This document shows positions 19,813 through 29,700 of a stretch of DNA of 44,140 bases, in pieces. Each line of letters opens with the position of its first letter. Position 1 is the first letter of the stretch. The stretch lies in assembly GCA_036339735.1 (NCBI GenBank), contig JAYZAL010000052.1, positions 1 through 44,140 of the forward strand, written 5' to 3'. Source of the DNA: Candidatus Poribacteria bacterium (GTDB lineage: Bacteria > Poribacteria > WGA-4E > UBA9662). The position numbers were made by a program, and so were the translations under genes. The notes under the pieces are model-generated. The model ran no database searches. It was not told the origin of the DNA and worked only from the letters and a program-made list of their open reading frames with translations.

Positions 19813-20403
19813 TCACTGTAATGCTTTCAAAGCTGACCAAGTCGTCGCTAGTTGTCTTTTCCCATCGACCGACTTAGCTATTTTTTCAGCGTAAAGAGTT
19901 AGTTTCCCAGTACTATTATTCTGGTTCCAAGTCGGAGTATGCAACCCAACTCCGTCAAACGATTCCTTAGCCAAAAAAGATTGGCCTAATGATTTAGTCA
20001 GCTGAAATGGAAACCATGCGTCATTAATCACACCCAGTGGTTTGACTTTTATTAAGTCCACCCATGAATTTTTGATTCGATATCTCAGCCGGAGGTCTGC
20101 TTTTTTTATCGGTTGGTCATCTTTCCATGCTACTCCGTCTGCATACACATCTTGCTTTGACCCCCATGCTCCCCAAGGCAGTTTGTTTTCAGATGTCATC
20201 TCAACATAATAAATTCCGATTGGTTGACTCTTCTTTAATTCTAAATCGCACCATTGATTATCTTTTATTTTCTCGAACTCAATTTCTAGTAAGATTTGCC
20301 CCCGTGGCGGTTCTTCTGCGCCGAAAACTACTATAGGAATTATTAAGCTTAACAAAAGACATAAAATTGGAAAAGAACCAAAACAAACATGATGATATAC
20401 CAT
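19813..20403 (-). CDS. Secreted protein with a C-terminal 'SVDGKRQLATTWSALK' tail
   Basis: N-terminal signal peptide, beta-rich body, and a conserved-looking C-terminal tail. Confidence 0.7.
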   Translation of the reverse strand: MVYHHVCFGSFPILCLLLSLIIPIVVFGAEEPPRGQILLEIEFEKIKDNQWCDLELKKSQPIGIYYVEMTSENKLPWGAWGSKQDVYADGVAWKDDQPIKKADLRLRYRIKNSWVDLIKVKPLGVINDAWFPFQLTKSLGQSFLAKESFDGVGLHTPTWNQNNSTGKLTLYAEKIAKSVDGKRQLATTWSALKALQ

Positions 20404-20560
20404 ATAGAAAATCCTTCTGTAAGTAAAATTAAAAATAGGTTAATACAAACATATTGTTTGCTGATTATGAAAGACAAGATTGAACTATCAGTTTATAAAA
20501 TAGCACAACTCGTACATGAATTCCTATCTGAGAACTTTCTTTCTCACCCAAGGCATGAGA

Positions 20561-21115
20561 TCAAAATCCATATTCTTGAAGAGTTGGGTGATCTAAGAAC
20601 ATGGCGAGTTGAGACCATGCTTGAACACTATTTTTCGACTCTAGGTCAGGACAAAATCCAAATTCTAAGTAGATTTTGATTGCGATCAACCTGCGAGATG
20701 ATGTTGTTAAGAAACAACGGTCATGTGATTTTTTTAGCCGCTTCATCGCGACACTCATCATAGGTTTAGATAACCCTTTTCCTTGATAATCAGGCACTAT
20801 TGCTACCCAATGAATTCGGCCCCAGTTTTGATCGCGCCAACTTTCATCCCACCAAGCTGTTGTTGTTCCAATTTCGTGTCCCTCAGCCGTAGTTAAGAAA
20901 AAACATCGATCTTCCATAGCATCATAATCATTACCAAATTCTCTGTGGAATAATTGATCATCTACCTCAAAAAATGTTTCACTCTTCTGCTGAATACGTG
21001 TCCAAACATGATATTCATTCGAATGATATTTTCGAATATCAAACCCAGCTTTCAGAGTAAATTCTGGGATGTCATCCATATGTGTCCGGATCATAGTGAC
21101 ATTATAATTTTGCAT
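20561..21115 (-). CDS. GNAT family N-acetyltransferase
   Basis: IHWVAIVPDYQGKGLSK acetyl-CoA motif A and AIKIYLEFGF. Confidence 0.92.
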   Translation of the reverse strand: MQNYNVTMIRTHMDDIPEFTLKAGFDIRKYHSNEYHVWTRIQQKSETFFEVDDQLFHREFGNDYDAMEDRCFFLTTAEGHEIGTTTAWWDESWRDQNWGRIHWVAIVPDYQGKGLSKPMMSVAMKRLKKSHDRCFLTTSSRRLIAIKIYLEFGFCPDLESKNSVQAWSQLAMFLDHPTLQEYGF

Positions 21116-21683
21116 ATTAATACACCAGTTTTGAAAGATTTATTTAAGAATCAGTTTATCCAGAAGAATGTCTTGTGCAAAAGGATTGATCCAGACAAAG
21201 AGAAACTGTTGCTTCTCTTACAGCACTCATCTGGTACGTACTGGAATTGATTATGACCTAACAATCGCTTGAGGTCTGTGTATCATGCTATTTTCTGAAC
21301 AATTCTGTTGTACTAGTCAATATAACAAATGAGATGAGCCACAAAACCAGTTTAAGTGGTACTCATAAGCCAACTTGTAAACTAGAAAAATGGCTTAAAT
21401 ATTGATTTCCCAACTTTCTACGACAGAATTGGCTCATAAGCGACCCCGTTATGAATTCGTTGTTAGCTATATTACCTGTTCCACCTGCTCTAAAATTTTT
21501 TGCAGCTAATTTTTTGAATTTTTTATCTGAAAGAAAATACGATCTAACTGAGCTTACTACCGTTGTTTCTCATTCTGATTCTACTTGTTTATATACGAAT
21601 TGTGATGTCCATAATAGTGGGTTTGAATTCTAGGAGAATATTTTACTGATTGGTTTGGAAAAGGAATATAATTTTATTGGTTA

Positions 21684-23024
21684 TTAGCCATCAATTTTTT
21701 GTTCTTTATTTTTCAAAAGATTTAACAAATTCTTTAGACCATCTTTGATTTTTGCCTCCGAACCTCGAGATAGTGGAAGCCTAGGTTGGTAAAGAAGAGA
21801 GGCTCCCATGGGTGATGTTTCATAACCGCCATTATTGCCTAGGTCATAATCTGCTTGGGTGCCAACATAGCATTCAACCCCGTTAGTATAAGCGAAAACC
21901 ATATTATCAGAAAATGGAGATATTTGATTAATAAAGTGATGATATTCGGCAAATATCTCATGTGCTAAACCTAGAATACACAAATCACCAAGGCAAAATC
22001 CGCGTATTGGTAATTTGACCCGCAGGGATTCATTGGATTGGCTAAAAGCGAGTAATTCCAAGAGTAATTTTCGCTTACTTGAGTCTGTTTCTATTTCGAT
22101 CAGTTTCCGGCAATCTTTCTCTGTAGGAGGTGGGTGTAATGGCAGTTCTAATTCTATAGATTTTGTTTGAATACTGTTACATTGAACTTCTTCACTCATT
22201 GACTTGAATGCACGGCAGACCGCTATACCAAGATCGCGACCAGCTCCCTTCGCGGCATTTATCCCGCCTCTTAGCGGAAATCCATTAATATTAGCACTAC
22301 AACCTTGAGCAAACATGTAGAGAGTTTCAGTTCCAATTTCATTTTCTAAAGTTTTGACTGCGAATCCGGGGTAATCAGCTGTAATCAAAGTGCTGGCTCC
22401 ATGTACAATTACAGGATGAGCAGCATGACTAAACAGAATTGCTAAAGGCTTTCCTTGGCTTTTTTCAATCAGTAAAACATCAACCCAAGGCAATGTTGTA
22501 CCACTTGGATTTGGAGCCATACTTATATCGTGTCCGTCAAAATATCGTCGATTGAATCCAATTTGGGTGGATTCGCGGCAGTATCTTAATCTTACTGGTT
22601 CAAGATGAGAAATCGCTTTTTTAGTAATCTCAGCTAATCTTTTGGGTAAAAAATGGTGAAATGACTTGTTTTTTCCCTTTTCCCAAGGTCCCCAAGGGAT
22701 AGTAATAGGTGCGCTGTGTGTGTGACTACAATTAATCATTATATTTGCGGCGGGAATACCGGAAGATTGAGAAATGGTTTCAATCAGAACATCATTATAT
22801 GCAAAATCGAAACCTAAATAGTCAAGTGTCAAGATTGCAATTTGATTTCTTCCGTCAGATAACACCAGAACACGAGCCCATAATTCATCATTTATACCAG
22901 TACTCGGTTGCATAGGACCAATTAGGAAAGTCCCCCTTGAGTCAGGTGTAACTATTGTTTGGGATACCCCTCCCAGCAATTTATATTTACTTGGTTGGCA
23001 AGAGGATTGATTCTTTTTATTCAT
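21684..23024 (-). CDS. Neutral/alkaline ceramidase N-terminal-domain-like hydrolase
   Basis: DELWARVLVL, CSHTHSAP, AAHP, ADYPG, QGCSANINP-like and HEIFAEY motifs. Confidence 0.8.
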   Translation of the reverse strand: MNKKNQSSCQPSKYKLLGGVSQTIVTPDSRGTFLIGPMQPSTGINDELWARVLVLSDGRNQIAILTLDYLGFDFAYNDVLIETISQSSGIPAANIMINCSHTHSAPITIPWGPWEKGKNKSFHHFLPKRLAEITKKAISHLEPVRLRYCRESTQIGFNRRYFDGHDISMAPNPSGTTLPWVDVLLIEKSQGKPLAILFSHAAHPVIVHGASTLITADYPGFAVKTLENEIGTETLYMFAQGCSANINGFPLRGGINAAKGAGRDLGIAVCRAFKSMSEEVQCNSIQTKSIELELPLHPPPTEKDCRKLIEIETDSSKRKLLLELLAFSQSNESLRVKLPIRGFCLGDLCILGLAHEIFAEYHHFINQISPFSDNMVFAYTNGVECYVGTQADYDLGNNGGYETSPMGASLLYQPRLPLSRGSEAKIKDGLKNLLNLLKNKEQKIDG

Positions 23025-23240
23025 ATATTTCAGGTGGCGGCTTTTTGTTTCACCATTATTTATTTGGCCACCATTTTTTAAAATTCAATGACACATTCCT
23101 TGACAGAAAAAGTTCGGTGTAAATAACACAATAAATACTGTCGTTCAGAAACTGTAAAAAATTGTTTTTCCTAATCGTACATTGACATTTTTTAAATTGT
23201 TCTCGGGAAGTTTATCGAAGAAATTTTTACTGGTTCGTTC

Positions 23241-24995
23241 TTAGGCTGATTTTTCCATCCACGAATCGCATATATGGGCAGACAAGCTAATTTCCACATT
23301 CGGCAAGTAATATTGTCCAGCCTCTTTTAGTGCCAGTTCTACTTTTGGTAATAAATCAATAGCATGTTCGCTTGGAACCTCGATTACCACTTCATCATGA
23401 ATGAACGCTACTAATTTTCCTCGTGTACCGTTTAGTACCTGATAAACCTTAGATAATCCTAGTTTCGCGATGTCGGCTGCCGTACCTTGTATCGGAGTGT
23501 TTAATTTTTCAGTATAACTAGCTGATTTCCTATTCCCAAATTTATCGACTGGAAATTCTTTTTTTCTACCCGATAATGTTCGTATCTCGTACTTCCGTCC
23601 TTTCGTAGCTTTCTTGATATAAAGATCAACCCCAATAAATCTTTTTAAAAATCTTTTCTTAAATTTTTCCATTTCTGATGTTTGTACTGTTAACCCTTTT
23701 TGTCGTAAGTGCTTGGTCAAATTTTCTATACCCGCACCATAGACTAAACCAAAATTGAGTGTTTTTGCTATCTCTCTCTCATTTGGTGATATCTCACCAA
23801 TTTCTTTTTGTGTCACAATTGAGGCTGTTAATTTATGTAAATCAACTCCCTGATTGAGAGCTTCGATCATTTTAAAGTCTCTTGATATTTCAGCTAACAC
23901 TCTCAGTTCGATTTGTGCATAGTCCAATACAATCAGCTTGTAGCCAGCTTTTGGTCTAAAGCAACTCCGAAGTTCTCCATTGACAATACTTTGAATGTTT
24001 GGTTCACGACATGACATCCTACCGGTGTTAGTTCCCAACTGAAAATAGTCAGAGTGTAGGCGACCTGTTGTGGGGTGTAGTGATTTGATCAGTTTCGTCC
24101 CATAGGTAGATTTCAATTTATCAATTTTTCGATACTCTATAATGTCGGAAATAATTGATAGCTGTGCATTATGATTCAAAGTTTCCTTAGTTGTATCATC
24201 CAAAATTACCCCGATATTGAACAAAGCTTCCTTCAGTTGTCTCGGAGAATTAATATTTATAGGTCCTAGCTGATTAAGTAATTCATTTTCTAACTTTTGG
24301 TGCCGAATTTCTAACCTACTGAGATATTGATTTAATTTTTGTTTGTCTAATCCAAATCCAGCCAGTTCCATTTGGGCAACGGCATGGACCGTATCAAATT
24401 CTAATTTAGCTACCTTCCTAAGTTTATGTCGTTTCAATTCTAGTCTTAGTTTGTCAAACAATGGAATCAGGTATTCAACGTCATTGTTAGCATAAGCTAA
24501 TTGGCTAGGTCGCAATTCAGATTGATCCCAGTTTGATTGTTGCTCGCCCTTGTCTATTTGAACGGATAAGAACCTTTTTAATAGGTCTGATAGCTTATGT
24601 TTTTGTTGGTGTCCTGCAGCTAATAATTGGCTGGCTAGCATCGTATCAAAAATCACTCCATTTACGTCTATGTTCAATTGCTTAAAGAATTTTAATTCAA
24701 ACTTTGCATTGTGAATGATTTTGATAATGTCTAATTTAAAAATTGGTTCTAATAACCTTACCCAATTACTAACTGTATAAGCATCGATTATTAGGTTTAC
24801 TGAATCCCTAGATGAGACTTGAATCAATCGAATTCTATCTCGGTGAGGATCCAATCCTGTAGTCTCGATATCCAGTCCTATTTCTTTTGCAGACAGAATA
24901 GGTATGAGTTGATCTTCTAGCTCAGTTGGTTTATCAATGTACTTGTATTCAGATACAGGTTGTATAGGTAAATCAAATAATAAATCACTTGTCAT
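23241..24995 (-). CDS. Family A DNA polymerase, Klenow-type (3'-5' exonuclease + polymerase, no 5'-3' nuclease)
   Basis: Exo I DIETTG, Exo II HNAKFE, Exo III YANND; TGRMSCREPNIQ; motif A DYAQIELR; motif B REIAKTLNFGLVYG; NTPIQGTAAD; motif C HDE; only 584 aa. Confidence 0.93.
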   Translation of the reverse strand: MTSDLLFDLPIQPVSEYKYIDKPTELEDQLIPILSAKEIGLDIETTGLDPHRDRIRLIQVSSRDSVNLIIDAYTVSNWVRLLEPIFKLDIIKIIHNAKFELKFFKQLNIDVNGVIFDTMLASQLLAAGHQQKHKLSDLLKRFLSVQIDKGEQQSNWDQSELRPSQLAYANNDVEYLIPLFDKLRLELKRHKLRKVAKLEFDTVHAVAQMELAGFGLDKQKLNQYLSRLEIRHQKLENELLNQLGPININSPRQLKEALFNIGVILDDTTKETLNHNAQLSIISDIIEYRKIDKLKSTYGTKLIKSLHPTTGRLHSDYFQLGTNTGRMSCREPNIQSIVNGELRSCFRPKAGYKLIVLDYAQIELRVLAEISRDFKMIEALNQGVDLHKLTASIVTQKEIGEISPNEREIAKTLNFGLVYGAGIENLTKHLRQKGLTVQTSEMEKFKKRFLKRFIGVDLYIKKATKGRKYEIRTLSGRKKEFPVDKFGNRKSASYTEKLNTPIQGTAADIAKLGLSKVYQVLNGTRGKLVAFIHDEVVIEVPSEHAIDLLPKVELALKEAGQYYLPNVEISLSAHICDSWMEKSA

Positions 24996-25845
24996 TTTTT
25001 CTATTCAATCACTGGGAATACGGTCGTTACCAGCATGTCTTTTTGATTAACTGGCATGTAACTTTACTAATATATCTCTTGCATTGACGTGGTATCAGTT
25101 TAAAGCTGAATTTTCAAATCTTGCCTAATTTTCATCTTCAATTTCTCTGCCCTCTTTTACTGAATTGGTCACGAAAGACTTCTGATAATTCATTAGGGTT
25201 TAGCTAGTACTGGGTTTTCAATTCATTTCAACCAATATTCATTGTACCAATCCAAAGATTAGATTATTAGAGTACTAATTTGATTATGGGTCAGTCAAAA
25301 TAACAAAAATTAGGTGAAGAGATGAGCACTAAAACTGTTGATAGAAGACGTTTTCAAATACTATTTGATAACTCTAAATGGGATAATGATCTTCTGAGTA
25401 TTCTAGCATGATTTTCAATGACTATTGTTAATTTTAAAAAGGTTACTTCTATTACGCCTACGAGTTTATCTATATCACTAATTCCAATTATATTTTGTAA
25501 TCTCTCCTTATCTCGGTTCATATAACTCAAGAGAATTAGCCGAGTTGAAATTTAACATAGAAGCATTGCCCTACTATATGTTTATTTTCTCAAAAGTAAA
25601 TACTTTTGTTCCCCCAAAGAAACCTGTCAATTTATGGATTAAAACTATTGCAAATAAACTTGTTAGTAAAAATCCGGCTAACACTATTATCATTACCTAA
25701 AAACCTTTGAAAATTCTTTCTATGTCTGACTTGATATGGATTTGGTTTACTCAAGGATAATTTCACCATTAGTAATTTATTGGAAACATCCGAAATTATA
25801 TAAACGGTTAAGAATGTTCTATTTGCTATAATTCGAATAAAAAAT

Positions 25846-26328
25846 TTAATCTTCTCTAGCCCAATTTCCCCATACTCTCAGATAAGCAGGTAAAGATAAT
25901 TGGCCTTCACCATTGATATCGAGCTGCCTGAATATTTTCTGAGCCAAATCATGGTTCACGATCTCCGAGTTATCGATGAATTCTTTTTCAGTCACAATGC
26001 CGTCTCCATTTTCATCCATTTTGTTGAATATTTCTTTGGCTTCATCTGTGATAGTCCTGTTTTCTATGTATTCTTCCTCTGTAATTACTCCGTCCTTATT
26101 TCTATCAGTTGCATTAAATATTCCTCGAATCTTGTCAGGGTCGTTAAATATTGACCGCTCCAAATAATCTTGAAGTGTAACTTGACCGTCCCTGTCCGCA
26201 TCCAGTCTTTTGAAGATTTGTTTATAGCGGCCGATTTGGTCAATATTAGCACTATGGCGACCTTTGGCTCCGAGTAATTTCATAAAGTATTGATGATCAT
26301 TAGCATTCTGCATCTGGTTATTTGGCAC
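25846..26328 (-). CDS. Four-EF-hand calcium-binding protein
   Basis: Loops DADRDGQVTLQD, DRNKDGVITEEE, DENGDGIVTEKE and DINGEGQLSLPA, each preceded by F-x-x-x-D. Start could be GTG 26328 or ATG 26313. Confidence 0.88.
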   Translation of the reverse strand: MPNNQMQNANDHQYFMKLLGAKGRHSANIDQIGRYKQIFKRLDADRDGQVTLQDYLERSIFNDPDKIRGIFNATDRNKDGVITEEEYIENRTITDEAKEIFNKMDENGDGIVTEKEFIDNSEIVNHDLAQKIFRQLDINGEGQLSLPAYLRVWGNWARED

Positions 26329-26831
26329 CTAATATTAAATTTTTTTTCAAAAAAGCATGATTCCCGACTCCATTGTCTTTCCCACTTACTTTATCACGAT
26401 ACTACATATTCTAAAGCGGCTGTGGCAATTTCGTAGAGGGTATAACTCAATCAGGTAGGATAACGCAGATGGTGAAGATCTACCGATAATTGAAAATATA
26501 TAATTACGGTGATCGTTAATCATAAGCTAAATTAATCTCATAACATAGATGAATATAATAAGACTAAGGTAGGAAAAATACGAAGACCGTATTGGTATTT
26601 TTCTTGCGGTTAGACCATGGATAAGATCAAAATTTTGGCGCCACCATTCACGCTATTTACCAAGTTTTTTGAAAAGAATAGAGGCCTGAATACCTGGGAG
26701 AGTTGGGCACTCAAAGTTCGTACAGAGATGGGAAATAGTTAACAAGTCAATGCTGCTATGTAAGACTGTTTTAGATCGGATGTTCATAGATATTGTATGT
26801 GTTTTTTTACAGTTACAGATTATTAAACTAT

Positions 26832-27077
26832 TCATTCCACCGAGCTAAGACCAAAGAAATCAAATTCAAGGCTGTCCAATATTCCAGTAGCCACAAAAAA
26901 ACCAATAATTATTAGGATAATACAAGGCACAGCGGCTAGTACCACTAGTATAAAAACTCCCCGCTTCCAAGAACCTTTGACTTCATCCGATTTAAGAGCT
27001 ACAGCATTAAAGATCGAAACACCAGCCCAGCCAATCAAAAGTAGTATTAAGCAGCAGATTGTTGTGAAAATAATCAT
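26832..27077 (-). CDS. Small two-TM membrane protein
   Basis: Two hydrophobic segments; start overlaps the upstream permease stop (TAATG at 27079-27075). Confidence 0.7.
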   Translation of the reverse strand: MIIFTTICCLILLLIGWAGVSIFNAVALKSDEVKGSWKRGVFILVVLAAVPCIILIIIGFFVATGILDSLEFDFFGLSSVE

Positions 27078-28333
27078 TACTTGTTCCGTATGGCATCGAT
27101 TGGTGTCATTCGTGCAGCCTGGTTAGCCGGCAAAAAGCCGAAACTAATTCCAACCATCATACCCATCGTTAAACCGCTAAGGATAGCTTGTATGTTGAAA
27201 GATGATGGCCAAGGTGTATCAAACTGCGAAGCCATCATTTTGCTGAGGATATCACCCAGAAAGGTCGCAGCTGATAATCCTAATAACAATCCAAAAACAC
27301 TACCAATTAAGCTAATGATTACGGCTTCTAACAAAAATTGGATTCGGATTTGGTATGGTTTAGCACCCACAGCCTTGCGCAAGCCTATCTCGGGTACACG
27401 TTCAGCAACTGAAACAAGCATAATGTTTAGAATACCGATTCCACCAATTACCAAAGGAAAAATAGCGATTAGCATACTAACCATTTGGACTGCAAATAGG
27501 ATATTATTGACTAGTTTAAGTATACCTTCCACACTATCGATTTCATAAAATGGCTTGTCGTTATGCCGTCGCTTAATGACTATCTCTACTTCTCTTTGAG
27601 CTTGTTGTAGTAGTTCAGGTGATTTGGGCCTGATGCTAATACTGCGAACCTGATTTTTAAGCCCAACGGACGCATTATTAAAATAAGTTTTTCCGGTGGA
27701 CATTGGTAATAAGACCTGATTGTCTTTACTGTCAAAGCCTGCTCCTTGTCCGGTTTTCTCCATGACTCCAATTACGGTATATCTCTGATCTCCAAATTTC
27801 AGTTCTTTTCCAATAGCATCTTTGCCTCGAAATAGACTTTGCCAAACATCAAACCCGATTACCACAACTCTGGATAATAACTCTAGGTCAGAGCGATTAA
27901 AATGACGACCAAATATTGTCTTCCAGTTTTCAAAGGATGCAAATTCCTCAGTGGTCAAGGAAACGGGACTCGGTTTAGACCTCTCCTTAGCTTGCATATT
28001 TCTCCAGCCCAATTCGTCGGTTGGTATAGCATTGGCTATAGAGGGACAGTTGTCTTTGATGGCCTGAACATCATCCATAGTCATAAATTCCCGATATGGG
28101 TTACGAATATATTTTTCCGTACCCTTGACCTTTACATAATCGTTTCGGCGGATACTAAATCGGCCTGCCTGCTTATTCAATGATGTAGTTAGAACTACCT
28201 TGGCGCTAGACCCAATCGAACCAATAGCAATCACAGCAGAAATACCGACAGTTATTCCCAGAACGGTTAAGAGAGATCTTAATTTATTAGCTGACAAAAT
28301 GCGAAAGGTCATCAAAATACTATCAATGATCAT
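27077..28333 (-). CDS. MacB/FtsX-family ABC transporter permease
   Basis: NKLRSLLTVLGITVGI, periplasmic core, GGIGILNIMLVSVAERVPEIGLRKAVGA and PANQAARMTPIDAIR. Confidence 0.93.
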   Translation of the reverse strand: MIIDSILMTFRILSANKLRSLLTVLGITVGISAVIAIGSIGSSAKVVLTTSLNKQAGRFSIRRNDYVKVKGTEKYIRNPYREFMTMDDVQAIKDNCPSIANAIPTDELGWRNMQAKERSKPSPVSLTTEEFASFENWKTIFGRHFNRSDLELLSRVVVIGFDVWQSLFRGKDAIGKELKFGDQRYTVIGVMEKTGQGAGFDSKDNQVLLPMSTGKTYFNNASVGLKNQVRSISIRPKSPELLQQAQREVEIVIKRRHNDKPFYEIDSVEGILKLVNNILFAVQMVSMLIAIFPLVIGGIGILNIMLVSVAERVPEIGLRKAVGAKPYQIRIQFLLEAVIISLIGSVFGLLLGLSAATFLGDILSKMMASQFDTPWPSSFNIQAILSGLTMGMMVGISFGFLPANQAARMTPIDAIRNK

Positions 28334-28363
28334 GACATGTAACCAAAGTTGAGATTTGACAAA

Positions 28364-29641
28364 TTAGTCAAATCTCAAAGCTTGAACAGGTGTAAGTTTT
28401 GCGGCTTTATTTGATGGATAAAGACCTGCGCTGGTCCCTACCAAGGTTGAAATAATAAAAGCACCTACAGCAGCCCATACTTTGACCTCAGATTCCCAAA
28501 CTGAACCGTGTTTATCTAGAAAAAATACAGTAATTGCCCAACCAGCTCCGGAAGTAATAAAGATTGACAAAAATGTACCAACTAATCCACCAAATAAGCA
28601 GACTACAATTGCTTCAACCAAAAATTGGAAGCGAATATCATTGCTGGTTGCACCGAGAGCTTTCCGTAAGCCAATTTCTTTGGTTCTTTCCGTTACTGAA
28701 ACTAACATAATATTCATTGTTCCTATGCCACCGACTATTAGAGAAATCGCAGCAGCACAACCGGCCACCAATTGAATTGTAAGCACCATTTTGTCAATTT
28801 CTTTAATTGCGTCTTTATTAGCACCAAAACCATGAAATTTGATGGTACCAAATTTTCGGAAAAATAGCATTTTAATCTCGTTTTGGGCCTGTTCAACCAG
28901 AGATAGTTCTTTTGCCCGTGCATTGATCCAAGCGTTCCTCATGTATTTTCCTGTGTAATATTTATCAACTGTAGTAATCGGAGCATACATGTCATTATCA
29001 ATGGAAAATGGCATTAGTTTAGCCATCCCTAATTGCCTTTTTTTAATAGAACCAATTACGGTGAGACGGTTTGTTCCGGCTCTTATTTCTTTACCAACGG
29101 GGTTAATTGAGCCAAAAAGCTCATCTTTGATCTTTGAACCAATCACCACCACTTTTTCGTTCGTGTCAAGATCACTTTTCTGAAGCCATCGACCACTAGA
29201 CAATTCAAAATTCCACAACTCTTTGATATCCGTTGTTACCCCTAGTAATTCGTAAGGCATGGATTTACCCTGATGGGATGTATCAAGTCGACCAAATACG
29301 TTAGCTGCGGCGACCATTGAAATCGAGGGACAATATTTGCGTATTTCACTCACTGTTTCCATGCTTAAATTGGCCGTCTTTGGACTTCTTTCATATTTTC
29401 CTGGGCTTTTTTCATACCATTCTTTTTTCCCAATACTCAGACCTTTAGTATCGCCTAAACGATTCATTTCTGATACCAAAAACGTCTTAATACTTCCGCT
29501 AATTGAAACGGTGGTCACAACGATAAAAATACCCAAGATAATACCAAGCAGAGTTAGTAGAGACCGAAACTTATTTCTTAATAAAGCTTCCCATCCTACC
29601 CAAAAATTAATGCCAATTTTGCCAATTATTCCAGAGAACAT
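28364..29641 (-). CDS. MacB/FtsX-family ABC transporter permease
   Basis: NKFRSLLTLLGIILGI, GGIGTMNIMLVSVTERTKEIGLRKALGA and YPSNKAAKLTPVQALRFD. Confidence 0.93.
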   Translation of the reverse strand: MFSGIIGKIGINFWVGWEALLRNKFRSLLTLLGIILGIFIVVTTVSISGSIKTFLVSEMNRLGDTKGLSIGKKEWYEKSPGKYERSPKTANLSMETVSEIRKYCPSISMVAAANVFGRLDTSHQGKSMPYELLGVTTDIKELWNFELSSGRWLQKSDLDTNEKVVVIGSKIKDELFGSINPVGKEIRAGTNRLTVIGSIKKRQLGMAKLMPFSIDNDMYAPITTVDKYYTGKYMRNAWINARAKELSLVEQAQNEIKMLFFRKFGTIKFHGFGANKDAIKEIDKMVLTIQLVAGCAAAISLIVGGIGTMNIMLVSVTERTKEIGLRKALGATSNDIRFQFLVEAIVVCLFGGLVGTFLSIFITSGAGWAITVFFLDKHGSVWESEVKVWAAVGAFIISTLVGTSAGLYPSNKAAKLTPVQALRFD

Positions 29642-29700
29642 TATTTGATTTTATTCATTTATTGAAATTTCTATTATTATTTGTGCGACCTAGAACAGGT

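Noticed and set aside
21335-21440. Short inverted repeats (ATGAGCCA/TGGCTCAT, TAAGCCA/TGGCTTA) suggesting a MITE or CRISPR-like array
   Set aside because: Only 7-8 bp, with no regular repeat-spacer period, no target duplication and no second copy in the window.
24996-25845. Protein-like fragments upstream of the polymerase (possible lost 5' nuclease or primase) and a 29-aa ORF at 25322
   Set aside because: Multiple stops and no recognisable motif; cannot be supported without a search.
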